Positions 1 to 27,130 of a DNA stretch of 64,000 nucleotides are shown here, in pieces. Source of the stretch: Chrysomallon squamiferum (lineage: Eukaryota; Animalia; Mollusca). Within the stretch, counting starts at the first letter, position 1, and every line of letters begins with the position of its first letter. Location: positions 15,872,001 through 15,936,000 of the forward strand of contig CM022677.1 in the NCBI GenBank assembly GCA_012295275.1, written 5' to 3'. The notes beneath the pieces were generated by a model. It was not told the origin of the DNA. It searched no databases and saw only the letters and a list, made by a program, of their open reading frames with translations. The position numbers were made by a program, and so were the translations under genes.

Positions 1-466
1 AAAGTCACTTCATCTGATGAAACTGATAATTTAATAAGGTAAGAGTTTCTTCACCATGTAAGATATATCAGATTTTTGTATCCCTATTCTTGGAGTATCA
101 AGCGTTCATGCAACAGTGCTAGAACAGTTTTGGAAAATTCACTAATCGTAACCAGTCATACGACAAACGTCAGCCATTTTTTCTTTTTTCTGTTCCGTAT
201 AATTACAGTATCAATCCAAGGTTGACTGAGTAGAGATCGGATACATAACTGATCAATCCTTATCACTTACTAGATGTAAATCTTCTAATTGTTTCAAGCA
301 TAATAGTAATTAATTGATCAAGGAAAGAATATTGTCATTGCTTGATTAGACAATAAATAATAATTGTGTTCAGTTCGAGATGAATGTTATTCACTTTGTT
401 AGTAACTACACATTCTTGTCATCTTTAATTTTACTTACAGATAAATAATGATTAAATAATAATTAA

Positions 467-518
<52 letters not shown>

Positions 519-1133
519 TAATAACGGAAAATAAACTAGGCAGTTGCTGTTTTAGTTATTATCAGCTGCATTTTACAGTATTTTATTTTTTCCAGAACCT
601 TCATCTATCAGCTTCTTTTTTTCAGCTGTTCTGTCATGGTGTCAGTAGCAGTGAGGTGAGTACTTTTCTTAATTTGTCTTTTGAATGAGAAAGATTTGGG
701 GCAGTTAATTATTTTAATTATAATCTTTCTTTGTTTTTCAGTATTTTTTATTGAAATTCTCTTAACTCCAGGTTAACATTTGAACTTTTGTATAAAATCG
801 GGATACAATTTCACACAAAAAACAGAATATTAAAAATAGTTTTTACACATGCAAGAATTAATACACATTTCTAATTGTAACTGAAAAATAAATCAGAATT
901 ACATGACAAATAATGTTTTTAAAAATGAAAAAGAAACAATCTTTTAATTGGTAATTATAACAAATGTGTGTAGTTAAGTAAGTATAATTGATGTGTTTCA
1001 CATACAAGTGTTTCAGAGTACTACTGGTGATGTAGATGAGAACATTCTTCATGAAGCCTGTCTCCATTACCAGATTGGCAGCCATGTTCCAGCTTGATTC
1101 AGAAAAAAGGCATGTGATAAATATATATTTAAA

Positions 1134-1189
<56 letters not shown>

Positions 1190-3844
1190 CTGTTAAGCAA
1201 TCACTAACTGAAACAAAACAAAAAATAATAAAAAGAAAGAAATAGAAAACTATAGAATTTGAATAAGGAAAAATAACAAAGAAGAAAATAAAACATTTTC
1301 AAAAATACGTTATAAAATATGCACAAGATGAACATATGGTTGCAATGATGGCTTGGATTTCATGTGATGTCTTTCTCTACTTCCATTTGAAAAAAGAAAA
1401 TTAAGTGATGCATAAAACATTCTTATAGCATTGTTGTCTTTCTTATTGTCTTTGTATAGTTATTAAATGTAGCAGTAGTTTAAAAATTAAATTACATTCA
1501 TTTTTAACTGAGGGGAATAAGAGAGAACAACATTTGGATATTTAGTGTAATTTTGTACATTGAAACTGTAATATGGATATTTAATATCATACACTGCCTG
1601 TTTTTTCTTTCAGAACCAGTTCTCGATGACAACAAAAACATCTCTTTGATGACAGGTGCCAACAAAAGGGAACAAAGTCTGTACTAGTAGTAACAGCTTG
1701 TTGTTGTTGATGTTGTTTTGTTCTGGTTATTGAAATATTTGAAACTGTCAGCCACTATGCTTTATATAACTTTATATTTTCATGATTTTTGTCTTGTACA
1801 GTAGGAGCAAAGAGAAAATGCAAGATTGAATATGTAACTGTTGTGTTGCAGGTACCAAAATTAAAATATCAAAACATTTTCAGACATCTTAATCTTTCTC
1901 TTTATTTTCTGCGAAAGTTAAGTATTTTCAAAATGTTGACACTAGCTAATTCATCTCTGAAAGTAGTGTTTTATATAAGTGTTCCTTTTTATATTTATAA
2001 ATCTTCAGCCAGTTAGTACAGCGCTGACAATCAAAACAATATAATATTTCAACAACTTTTGTTGTAGAACAAGGTTGCTGAATTTGTATGCTTGATGGTA
2101 GATGTCTGAAATGGTTGTCGTGGTAACTGTTGTTCTTGGCAAGGCTGTGTAATTTAACTTTCTTGTCTGTGCTGTTCCACTTGGTTTTGTTTTGTAGCCG
2201 AATCCAAAGAAAGGTGCCGATTTTTTTACTCCTGGTGTTTCTTGTTCACCACTGAACAGTGGCTTCTACTTCAGTCAGAGGCTTTTGACTTAAAGTATGA
2301 GTTTAGAAGTAATGCAAATATTATATTTAACTTTCACTTTTGCATTGTATAAATTTAAACAAATATGTTTTTACTGAACTGAAAGCAACACAAATACAGG
2401 ATAATTATTTAATACGTCTTAAAAGCAAAGATTAGAAACAAGGTAGACCTTTAATAAAACAATTTATTTATGTCAACTTAAATCTAACATTGAAAAATGA
2501 CTCTTCTGAAAAACTGTACAATTCTAATCAATGATCCCAGAATCATTTCCAGAAGATTCATAAATGCACATTTTGAATCTATCCATTCTTTGTTTAATCA
2601 CTGATCAGATGGTTCTGCCAACTTCGACATCTCTTAATACAATTACATCATGAACTGGAGAATGTTTTGAGTCTTCTATCAGTATGTTGCTTCACTCTGT
2701 CTCATATATCTGATAATTTTAACATGCACTTCTGTATGGAATTCATTTTTTTACTTTTTTTTATTTTGTTACTGTCCACAAACATAGTATTGGTATTTTA
2801 TTACTATTTGAGGATGTTATTTTCTCTTTGATGAAATGAGAGCCAGAAAAATCTTGTTTGTCAAAACCGTTAATTTATGTAAATCATTCCTATGTTGTCT
2901 TTCATAAAATTCTTCTCCTTCCACTGAAAACTCTAAAGATGTGGTGTTCTACTTTATCCCTGACATTTCATAAAGTGGACACTGAAATATTTGATAATTA
3001 TTTTAACAATAATTTTAGTCATTTGTTTTTTTCTATGTGATCATATTGAAACCAGTGATATACATATTTATATATCATTAACACATTTTTTTATACTGTT
3101 TTATTTTATCTCTTACCTGATGTAGTGGCTTTCCTAGGTGAATTTCAGAGCTAGAATTGTTTTCAGTAATTTCTTGTGAGAAGTAGCCCTGTGAAAACAT
3201 ATTTAGTGGAAAAGATAATATGATAATAAACAAGGGAATGGGAAAATGTTCATGCAGATTTTTGTGATGAATACTTTCCCTATATGCAGTACCTCATAGA
3301 AAATTAAAGACTGGCATTCAAAGCAATCATAGCGAAATTTCATATGTTTGTTAAAATTGAGACTATAAAACAATACACATTCATTCATCTTTTTTTTTTT
3401 TTTTTAAAGAAATTTTATTATTGATTGGCATCTGAAACAGTGAAAAAGAATAAAATCTCGTTTCTCATATATTTTCCAGTTTATAGCATAACATCTCAAA
3501 TTTAATCTTTTCGAAATTTCATCACGTTACGTTTATAATGTTTAAGAAATTTCATCACGTTTCAGTTTGTAAGTTCCCTATTAATAAGAAAAATGAATTT
3601 TAACCATTCAAAATTTCAGTTCTTCAATATTCCCTATTAATAAGAAAACAGAATTTAAACTTCAATATTTAAACTCAGAATTTGAATCAATTTATCAGTG
3701 TTTTTTGATTAGTAAGAAATGTGAATTACTACTATTCCACTCACTCTTCCTCATTTTAATCAAGAAGTTTAGCTAATCCAAAATCTGTAATCTTCACCTG
3801 ATTCAGGGTGTGTTCTGTACAAAGATAAAAAAATAAAATAAATA

Positions 3845-3886
<42 letters not shown>

Positions 3887-4352
3887 CTTCCAAGGGGTAG
3901 ATATCCTAGGGTTTGGTTGTCCAGGGCAGATATTACCAACTTCATATAAATATTTTACAAATAAATATCTGCATTCTATTACTATCATCACCGTCATCAT
4001 CATTGCCTCTTTTACATCATCATCACTGCTGTCTTCTACATTATCATCATCATCATCATCATGGCATATTTTACATCATGATCATTATCACTGCCATTTT
4101 CTAAATCAACATCGTCATCATCATCACCATTATTATTATTACTATGAATATAAGAATAAGAACTTTTTGAAACAGTTAAGTTCAGCCATAGCAGCAGAAT
4201 AAAATATATAATAGAATAGTAAAACATATAGTAGAATATATAGATGAATAAATATTTCTATTTTTGATCAGTAGAATAAAAAAAAAATAACAGATGCATA
4301 CCAGCTGAAGGAAAACTAATACACCTATAGTGATGTTGTAAGGTTTCAAATA

Positions 4353-5070
4353 TTACTCATATCCTAGTAGAAGACAAAATTCTATTGGCAAAGAAGTTTT
4401 TCCAAAATAGAGAAGTAAATATACGACTGATAACAGACTGACTGTTAATGTGTCCAGCTGGAAAATTTCGTCCGACTTTCCTGACTCTGAGACGTGGCAA
4501 TTTCCATTTCTTGTGGTGTGCACGAAGATGGTGAATCTTTCAGAGCAAACTGGACAATTTATTCTGCTTCTAGACCACCTCAACAAACAGCTGAAAAAAA
4601 AAACCTCATGTAAACACGAGTCTTCATGACATTTATCTAAAAGGTCTTCTAAAATTCTTCTGACTTATCTAATTCAGGTTTTGTGGTGATTCAGCAGTGG
4701 TGGTTGATGCTGATGTTGATTACCCTGGTCTTTCTCCACGTGATGTTTCTCCAGAGAAATATTTTGAAGTTTCAGGCTGTGTTGATTCAGCAGTGGTGGG
4801 TGATGCTGATGATGTCCCTGGTCTTTCTGCTCTGTGATGTTTCTCCAGAGTCACATTTAGCAGTTTCAGACTGTTGTATTGATTCAGCAGTGTGGGTGAT
4901 GCTGATATTGATGTCCCCGGTCTTTCTGCTCTGTGATGTTTCTCCAGAGTCACTTTCGGAAGACTTTCGAACTTTTGGAGTCTTCTCCGGGCATTCATCA
5001 TCCTCTGCTTTCCGTTTCCTAGATGTTGATGTCCCTGGTTCTCCACATGATGTTTCTCCAGAGTAACTTT
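4353..5070 (-). pseudogene. Decayed RING-finger (Topors-like C3HC4) gene exon with N-terminal NLS and Ser/Thr-rich repeats
   Basis: Open minus frame 4664-4353 reads ILEDLLDKCHEDSCLHEVFFFSCLLRWSRSRINCPVCSERFTIFVH. This matches the C-x-H-x-F-C-x2-C-x3-W-x6-C-P-x-C RING pattern, but the first Cys pair and the FC cysteine are lost (poly-T tract). Upstream, after an AG acceptor at 5071-5072, it reads SGETSCGEPGTSTSRKRKAEDDECPEKTPKVRK followed by frameshifted repeats. Confidence 0.55.
4683..5066. repeat. Imperfect tandem repeat, ~85-120 bp units, about 4 copies (core gtccctggtctttctgctctgtgatgtttctccagag)
   Basis: tgatgtttctccagag recurs at about 4741, 4835, 4934 and 5048; the translated repeats VTLEKHHRAERPGTS and SGETS are visible in the ORF track. 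Confidence 0.85.
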
Positions 5071-5128
5071 CTGAAATTATATTTTTGTTGTTAGAACTAT
5101 TTCTATTTTTATTTTATTTTTTATTGCA

Positions 5129-5164
<36 letters not shown>

Positions 5165-5427
5165 TATATATTCTATCTGTAGTTTCTTATTAAAATAAAT
5201 CACACGTTACTTTTTACTCTACTGCTAGTAACAAAAGGATAAGTACTCCTGCGTTATTCGAGTTATCGGCAGAAAATTAGGTTATGCATATTCGTTTATT
5301 TTTGTATCCATCTAAAGACACTGTTTGTACCAGTAAGTCTATTTTACACATGTACACTAGTGTGAAATTTATAAATGTATTAAAATGTTCTAAAGAAGAT
5401 AGCAATACGTAACTCGGAACGAAGTAC

Positions 5428-5627
5428 NNNNNNNNNNNNNNNNNNNNNNNNNNNNNNNNNNNNNNNNNNNNNNNNNNNNNNNNNNNNNNNNNNNNNNNNN
5501 NNNNNNNNNNNNNNNNNNNNNNNNNNNNNNNNNNNNNNNNNNNNNNNNNNNNNNNNNNNNNNNNNNNNNNNNNNNNNNNNNNNNNNNNNNNNNNNNNNNN
5601 NNNNNNNNNNNNNNNNNNNNNNNNNNN
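5428..5627. other. Assembly gap (200 N)
   Basis: Run of N; the round length suggests a placeholder of unknown true size. Confidence 0.99.
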
Positions 5628-5682
5628 CACATGTGATAGCAGACAAGTGATTGTATTTTCATGTGTCTTTTTAAAGCATTTC

Positions 5683-5755
<73 letters not shown>

Positions 5756-5835
5756 TAGTAGTAGTAGTGGTAGTAGTAGTAGTCTTAGTTGTAGCAGTAG
5801 TAGTAGTAATAGTAGTAATAATGGTGATGATGATG

Positions 5836-5909
<74 letters not shown>

Positions 5910-5925
5910 AAGGAGGAGAAGAGAA
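5683..5925. repeat. Compound microsatellite (AAT)n-(GTA)n-(ATG)n-(AAT)n-(AGA)n, copy 1
   Basis: Read directly; the same compound array with the same flanks occurs at ~33023-33240 and ~61824-62080. Confidence 0.95.
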
Positions 5926-7238
5926 ATACTATCTGTAACAAACTTTAAATGGAGTTCCATGATGGTTTACAGCACCTCTGAATAGCAAAATATAAGATTA
6001 ATGATACATACACAGTTAATTAAATTATTCTTGCGACAGATGTTTGCATAATATGACATTTATATTAAATACTATTTTAGTCGGAATAATTTTAATTTGA
6101 AGAAAACTGATACTTTAAAAGAACAGAAATAAGATTTTTGTTTCATTATATAAATTATCTTTAAGCAAGCGTCTTTGAATTTTTTTAAAATATTTTTTTT
6201 TTTTTTTTTAAATATTTTTTTTTATTTTTTTTTTTGTATTTTATTATTATAATTATTTTGATAATAATTATATTCTGGGATAAATTAAATTGACAATAGT
6301 GTAAAATCTTAAACTAACGGACATTAATTCCTATTGATTCTCTGCTCAGAGAAAAAAACAATAAAAAAAAAAAAAAAAAAAAAAATAAATAAATAAAATA
6401 AAAAAAAAAATAAATGAAATGAATAAAAAAAAAAAAAAATACAAAAAAAAACAAAAACAAACGAGAACAACAAAAGAAACAAATTAAAGACAACAACGTC
6501 TTATATCTGTAATAACCTTTGTTTAGAAAATCGCCAGCTAACCTGTATTTCTGGGGCCGTGAAGACTGAGCAATTATGGGGTAACTACTCTTATCTTATC
6601 ATTGAATACATGAAAATAAAACAGTTCCATGAGAGGATATAAACATTTAGACAATTCAGAGATTTTGATTAAAATTTGGGTGAAAAATGGAGTAAAGTCG
6701 CTCATGGGACTCGTCTGGGATTTGGGGCCTGGAAAAGTAATCTTCATTAGTTTCATAATAGATATGTCCCTGAGTCCTGGTTCTCGTGGTTAATTTTTTT
6801 CTGTCAACAAAGAACCAGTGTCTGTTCCTGTATTTGTTACAGTTCCGAAAGTGAAGATGTCGGTTAGTTCTTGGTAGCAGTGTGTGATGCTTTATGAACT
6901 TTCATATTATTTGACAATTTATTTATTTATTTTGGAACAAAGAAATAAACATCTACATTATATGTATACAAAAAAAAGTAAAAATAAAGAAAAAAGAAAC
7001 GGACTTATACTACTAATCCGAAAATACATTTTTGAAAATAATTTTATGATTTTTTCTTTCTTTCTTTCTTTCATTCTTTCTTTCTTTATTTATTAATATT
7101 ATTATTATTATTATTATTAGTAGTAGTAGTAGTAGTAGCATATCCAGTAATAGGTCAAGTATTTGTTCTCCGAAGAAAGAAAAAGAAAAAAAAAAAAAAA
7201 AAAACAAAAAATTCATGGAATATTGTTTAATAATTTAC

Positions 7239-7305
<67 letters not shown>

Positions 7306-7548
7306 TGTAATGTGAAAGTCAATTGAAACTGAAACTGACACGATAAAACATTTTACTGAATGCAATAAACGTATGGTCTAAAAAATAAAATAAAATAAAA
7401 TAAAACAAAATGTAAAAATAAAATTCCATATTCATTTATGTTCTAATATGAAAATTGTTAGTGCTACTACTACTACTACTACAACTACTATTACAACCAA
7501 TACCACTACAATGTACAGTACCAACATTATTATGATTACTACCAGTGC

Positions 7549-7663
<115 letters not shown>

Positions 7664-9303
7664 TAATTATAACGACAGCAATAATCATGTTGTGCTCGTA
7701 ATCTTATGGTGGAAGTTACTTTGGAGGTTTCGTATCAATATCCGGTAAGAAAAGCAGACGACAGTTTTAACGTTTTATAAACGTATATTCTTACTACATC
7801 TGTTTGATTTGTATCCTCATGTAAGTAACATTGCATATTTTGAACATGCATGCTTATTTATTTTTGTGCAGATTGTTCGAAAGATAAGCTTTATATATTT
7901 CAAAAATATTTATTAATAACTGAACGTTCGAGATTATAATAGATTTTGGTTGATTTCTTTCTTGCTGTCTTTCTTCCTTTTTAAATTGAATTCTTTTAAA
8001 ATAAATAAATAAATAAATATAAAGTCAAACTTAACAATAAATCTATTTACGTAGTAATAATTTAGAAGTTTCGCAAAGCAAATATCAGAATTTATTCAAA
8101 ACATTTCTAGTCATGAAATAATGGTTTGAAACAATGTCGATTTTTTAAATTTTGTAGGCGGTATTCTTCAAAATCGTTACATGCAGGCAATAATGTCCAC
8201 TAATATATGGACAATCGTAATAATAAACATCTCACTATAAGTACTTGGTGCAAAGTTTAAATGGTACAAAATATATCTTCTGTGATTTTCCACTGGTGTT
8301 AGAAATATTTAATATGCACCAAAGGCATCATTCACAGTGTTGATTTTCACAAAATGGCTTAAAGAAAGTAAGTCTTATGTAAATAAACTGAGTGAGAGAA
8401 AACTGGCCATATCTTTTGTCACAAACAGTCATACTGATTAACACTTGGAATTTTGTTTATTGTTCTGCTCAGTGGTATGTCACAAACTTACATTATTTTT
8501 ACAAAACACATTTATCAGCACACCACAATTGTCATATAATTGTGCTGGAACAGTTTTTAGTTTTTCAGGTTATCTTTATTATGTTTATTTGAAATATATG
8601 CTCATGTACTGATTATTTATATGTTTATTCAAATCTTAAGTTGTTTCCTTTCTTAAATAATCCCTGATTATTACCTTTGAATTTACCTAATTTTGCAGTA
8701 TGATTTTAGTTTAAAGATTACAGAGCCCTTATAAACAAAATAATACACAACCAGAAATAAACTAAAAACTAATAATAAAAAAAAGAATAAAATAAAAGAA
8801 ATAAAACCCAATGGAATCAACAAACAAAACTGTATTTCACATTTTATTAGTTTTTATACTAGTATGATTATACCATTATTATTGTTTTTAAAGATGAAAA
8901 ATAATAATAATAATAATTTAGAAAATATATATAAATACAATAAAAAAAATTAATAACAGTAACAAAACAATTTGATAATGATTAAAATAAATAAAAAATA
9001 AAAATTAAGATTCACAGATTATAAACACAGTCAAATTTGTTTCATAAATTTATAGTTGAAATTCAAATGTTCATACACAAGCAGCAAACTCAGTTTCAAA
9101 TGAAACCTTTAAAGAAATAAATATTCAGAAAATAAGTATAGCTTGAATATGGAGCTAGGCATTGGCAATATTAAAAGTGTGATATCATTAATTAACTACT
9201 TCAATTAAAAAAAAGGTTTATACAAAATTTAATTATATTACTTGTTTGACCTATAATCTGTATTATATTTGATAAATAAGTTTCACTTTATGCTTTATAT
9301 AGA

Positions 9304-23036
<13,733 letters not shown>

Positions 23037-23904
23037 CGTTTCCAAGTTATATTAAAATCAGTGATAGTGATAGCTTCAATATATGTAACAGTAATATCTA
23101 TTTATGTTGTGCAAATATAAGCATAGACATTCAAATGGGTAACTACCAAAACTATATTTGAACATTACTTCTACTGCTACTAGTACAATTACTACAACCT
23201 CTAACATTAATACTACCAATACTGCTACTACTTCTGCTACTGCTGCTGCTGCTGCTGCTGCAACTACTACTACTACTACTACTAAAACCAACGATAAAAT
23301 AATACTGTAAGACACTGATTAGGGGAACACAAAGACAGTACACATGCCAAAATATTAAAATGAAAAATATGGTACTCAAAGTGATATTATAGTGTTCAAT
23401 AACTAAAAATGTATTATTATACATCAAAGAAAATTGCCGCGTGATTTTGCAGAATATTTGATACCGAGGTGTTGGTAATTTATGTTCTTAAAATTTAATA
23501 TCTGGCATTTGGAAAAGTGATTAAGGATGATAGCGAATTAACAGCCTTTGTAAGCTGAGATTTACATGAAAGTAAAAAGGACAACAAACTAACTAAACAG
23601 AAACTACTACTACTTCTAATACTAACAATAAAAACCAAATCAAATAATTAAAAAAAAATAATAATAATAATAATAATATAAATAAATAAATAAATAAAAA
23701 TCACATAAAAAAAAAAGAGAACGAAGAAAGAATAAATAAATAAATCTGCTACGTATATTAACAATATCGCTCGTAAATGTACGAAAACTGAATGCATCGT
23801 TGTTACAAACATACAGAGAAAACAATAAAGAAAAACCTGGTAGGTATTATTCTAAACAAGAACACTGATACGGTTATATTATAGCATCAAACATAAAACG
23901 CGAT

Positions 23905-24125
23905 TAAGGACTGCTATAACATGATGAAACCCACTACGTCATTTCGTGGGTTACACTTTCCAATCAGCAGATATAGATCTTTTATATAAACGATCCCACA
24001 GACAGAACAGTACAGTACACCCAAATCAGGGCTCTGGCTTAAAATACGAAATAGTTCTGTGACTTCAGCAAAGGGATCGACTAGGCGAGCTCACTCGCCT
24101 TGAGCAAACACTATCACGGACATTT
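23905..24125 (-). mobile_element. Degenerate tRNA-derived SINE, MetaSINE-like
   Basis: Minus strand ctgttctgtctgtgggatcgtttatataaaagatctatatctgctgattggaaag resembles the Meta central domain as I recall it (ctatcctgtctgtgggatggtgcatataaaagatcccttgctgctaatcg). Recalled from memory, not searched. Confidence 0.55.
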
Positions 24126-24432
24126 TTCCCGATTAATGTTTGAAGCTACCTTGTAAAATCGCCATCTTCGTTATCGTCGCGAAGATAGTACATCCTAACA
24201 ACAACAACAACAACAACAAAAAAAAAAAAAATAAAATAAAATAAATAATTTAAAAATAATTTAAAAAAGTAATAAAATAAAAAATACATCAATGTTTCTA
24301 ACTGCATATTTTGCTTATGCAAAATTAATCATAGAAGCACAGATCACAAATAATTACATACTGTTAGTAAGCTGTATCTTTGAAAATGGTTAGAATTTTT
24401 TTTTAATTCTTTTTTTCTGTTATCAAAATTAC

Positions 24433-24900
24433 CTTCGTTGCATAACAAACGACCTTAACGCAGATCTTAAAGTCCAAAAGTGTTGCTGTTTATCGTCACC
24501 TGTTTTTGTTTTTTCTAGATATAAAACTGTTGATATCGGGCTCTTGTGTGAAGTAAACAATGTGGCATGATGATGATGATGATAAATAGTAAGAAGCCGA
24601 CCAGGCGGAGACGACAACAATAATAACAACAACACTAATCAATAAATAAACGATATAATAATATTAACAAGTAGATAATATCAATAACAGCAACAGCAAC
24701 AACAACAACAACACACATTTTTTGAAAAAAAAAATCAAAATCAAATATGGTGATGAGAACAATAAAAAGTCATACTAACCATTAGCACGAAATAATATGG
24801 TAAAGAAATTTCGATTGCGGCTGGTCATCACGTGACATTTTTAAAACAATCAGCGACTTGAATGCTTGAGAAATATCTGTGTCACAGGGATGCTTGTGTC
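24433..24900 (-). promoter_or_regulatory. Candidate neprilysin promoter and non-coding first exon
   Basis: CpG-richer patch upstream of the ATG exon, a minus-strand AAG|gtaatt donor at 24433/24432, and a TCACGTGAC E-box at 24828-24836. No transcript evidence. Confidence 0.3.
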
Positions 24901-26175
24901 GGCGTGCACTTAAGACGGGAAGACAGATAAGATTTTAAGAGCTTGATGCTGATGTTTGTTATCCATACACTTAGGCAGAAAGTGAGGGATGGGTATTGAC
25001 TTTAGTTGTAAGAGAATGACCCATCGGTATTTTTGACTTGAATAGCTTGGCGATTCGTAATAATGTTTAGTTTCATGTCTCAGCTTTTTCAATTTGTTGT
25101 TGTTGTTCATTTTCTTCTTATTCTTATAGTCATTTCTGTTGTTATTATTATTATGACAATGATTATTATTATTATTATTATTATTATTTTATATAAGATA
25201 TAACAGAGTAGAAATTTAAATGAACAACAAAAAACAATATATCTATAAACTTTGTATTTATTGATATTTTTGTCACGACTGCATTTGAAATAGGAAAACA
25301 GATACGACGTTATTTCATAAATCAGTTATACAGTGCAAGTGACTGAATACATTAGTCCGGATCTGGTTTATTAACATACTGTTTCTAATAAACTATTATC
25401 GGACACCTACCTGGAACAAAATATAAATTAGTGCCTGCAAAAATTGCACAAAGGAGTCTTCTTTGTTATTGACATGTTGTAAGAATGATCACCATTTCAC
25501 TGATTAATGGGGATAGTATAAGTTCAGCATGTTTTCATCTTGCTAATATACTGATTAATTTGGGGATATGTATAAGTTATATGTCATGATGACAGTTATA
25601 GGTTGTGTATATGTTGTGTGTGTGGATTTGAAGAAAATGGAATTTATACAAGTATGACATTCCCTCACGTTTGTATTTTCCAGTTGCTCTGCTTGCACTG
25701 AGTTATAGATGTTAATTCCTTTATTTTTAGGGTCTCTATCAATTCACTTGTCATGATGACAGCTATTTTATTTTCTATAATTATATTTGTACATTTTATT
25801 TATTACTTAAATATTTTAGTTTTAGTTTTCTTCCCTACTGAGATTAATAAATAGCATTTTCAGTTTTCCAGAAATCCCAAAACACTAAAGAATCGTGGAT
25901 AAATTGTAACGTCTACACCCCACAACCATATCAGCTTGTGTGCACCCCTGTAGTGTTTAAAACCTATTTCCAGCACCGTTATCGTGTATGTTTTAGGAGA
26001 GGTGTCCATTCTGAAGGTTTCATGAAGTGCTGTATTCAAGATTTGTTTTCTTATTCAGTTACAATATCATATTTCTTTCTCAGGTAAGTGTGAAGTTGTT
26101 AATTAATCATTTCTTTTGATCTGCTTTATTGGTGTTGTTTTTTCTTTTGGAAGGGAAAGGTGAATTTCTTTTGAG

Positions 26176-27130
26176 ATGTCTCTAAAGAAAAAGAGGAAAA
26201 TTCCTTTTATTAAAAAACCTGGGATTCATCGCCAATACCTGATTGACAATTTCAATTATGAAATGGTCATGTCATTTTGATGTACTTGGAAAATGAACGT
26301 TTGTCCTGCTAGAACACTGAGAAAGATGAAGGAGAAATTAGGTGAAGATTGCTATGTTCATCCACATCGTTTCTGCAACTTGATGAAACAACCATTTGAA
26401 AGATTCAGGAGAACACATTTCAACAGATCAGAAGTGGCAAAATTTGACGCTGCATGCCATGAGAAATTCAAAATACGTCCACAAATTTCAGACCAGAAAG
26501 TGGCGGATGAACAGAAATTAGCTGCAGGCACTGAGAGCATTTCAGAACCTGATACCAGCGTCCAGAACACTCTAAATCCAGATCAGCACACACCAAAAAC
26601 CAGCATTGAGAACACTACAGTTCTAGATCAGCACACACCAAAAACCAGCACAGAGAACACTACAGTTCTAGATCAAAAGACACTAGTTGATGGTATCGAT
26701 ATCGTTTCAATATCAAGCAATTTAACCCTCAGTAACCATCACCGGATATTCAGTCAGTACAAGGTGTAGCAATTTGATACCAGAGAAACGTCTGCAGCTT
26801 GGGTCAAAATCAAATTTCAATATGAAAGGAGAGTACCAACAATAAAATGAAAAAATGAAAAGATCAATTTAGAAATCCGAGGCGAGTTACGAACACGACT
26901 CTGAAACGAAAAGAAAATACTGTCAAAAATCAAAAGGCAAAAATCCAAATCTTAAGGAGAAGCTTACCAGCAATATTTTGTTGAAAGAACTTATACAAGC
27001 GAAGAATGAACTTCACAGTGATATAGAAGAACATAGGAACATGCTGTTTAGAAACAAAAATATAGCAACGAAATTAGTGTCATTTGAAGTATTTGCTAGA
27101 TTGAAAAACATGGAATGAGAAAAAGATGTT
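26176..27130 (+). pseudogene. Decayed ORF of unknown family with N-terminal basic NLS (copy 1); possible transposon-derived gene
   Basis: MSLKKKRKIPFIKKPGIHRQYLIDNF continues by frameshift into ORF 26293-26769, which carries a 45-bp internal repeat (DQHTPKTSxENTTVL). Homologous to 45620-46530, which has different lesions. Confidence 0.45.

Noticed and set aside
2005-2265. Open minus-strand stretch of ~85 codons (KPLFSGEQETPG...) and splice-like signals in 590-1860
   Set aside because: No start codon, no recognisable domain and no consistent exon chain could be built; it may be part of the decayed RING gene but this is unsupported.
5277-5985. Long ORFs with poly-L/I/T/N/R tracts, and similar ones at 7448-7748, 32987-33265, 34747-35059, 61692-62133 and 63648-63997
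   Set aside because: Translations of trinucleotide microsatellites and of the N gap; no coding complexity.
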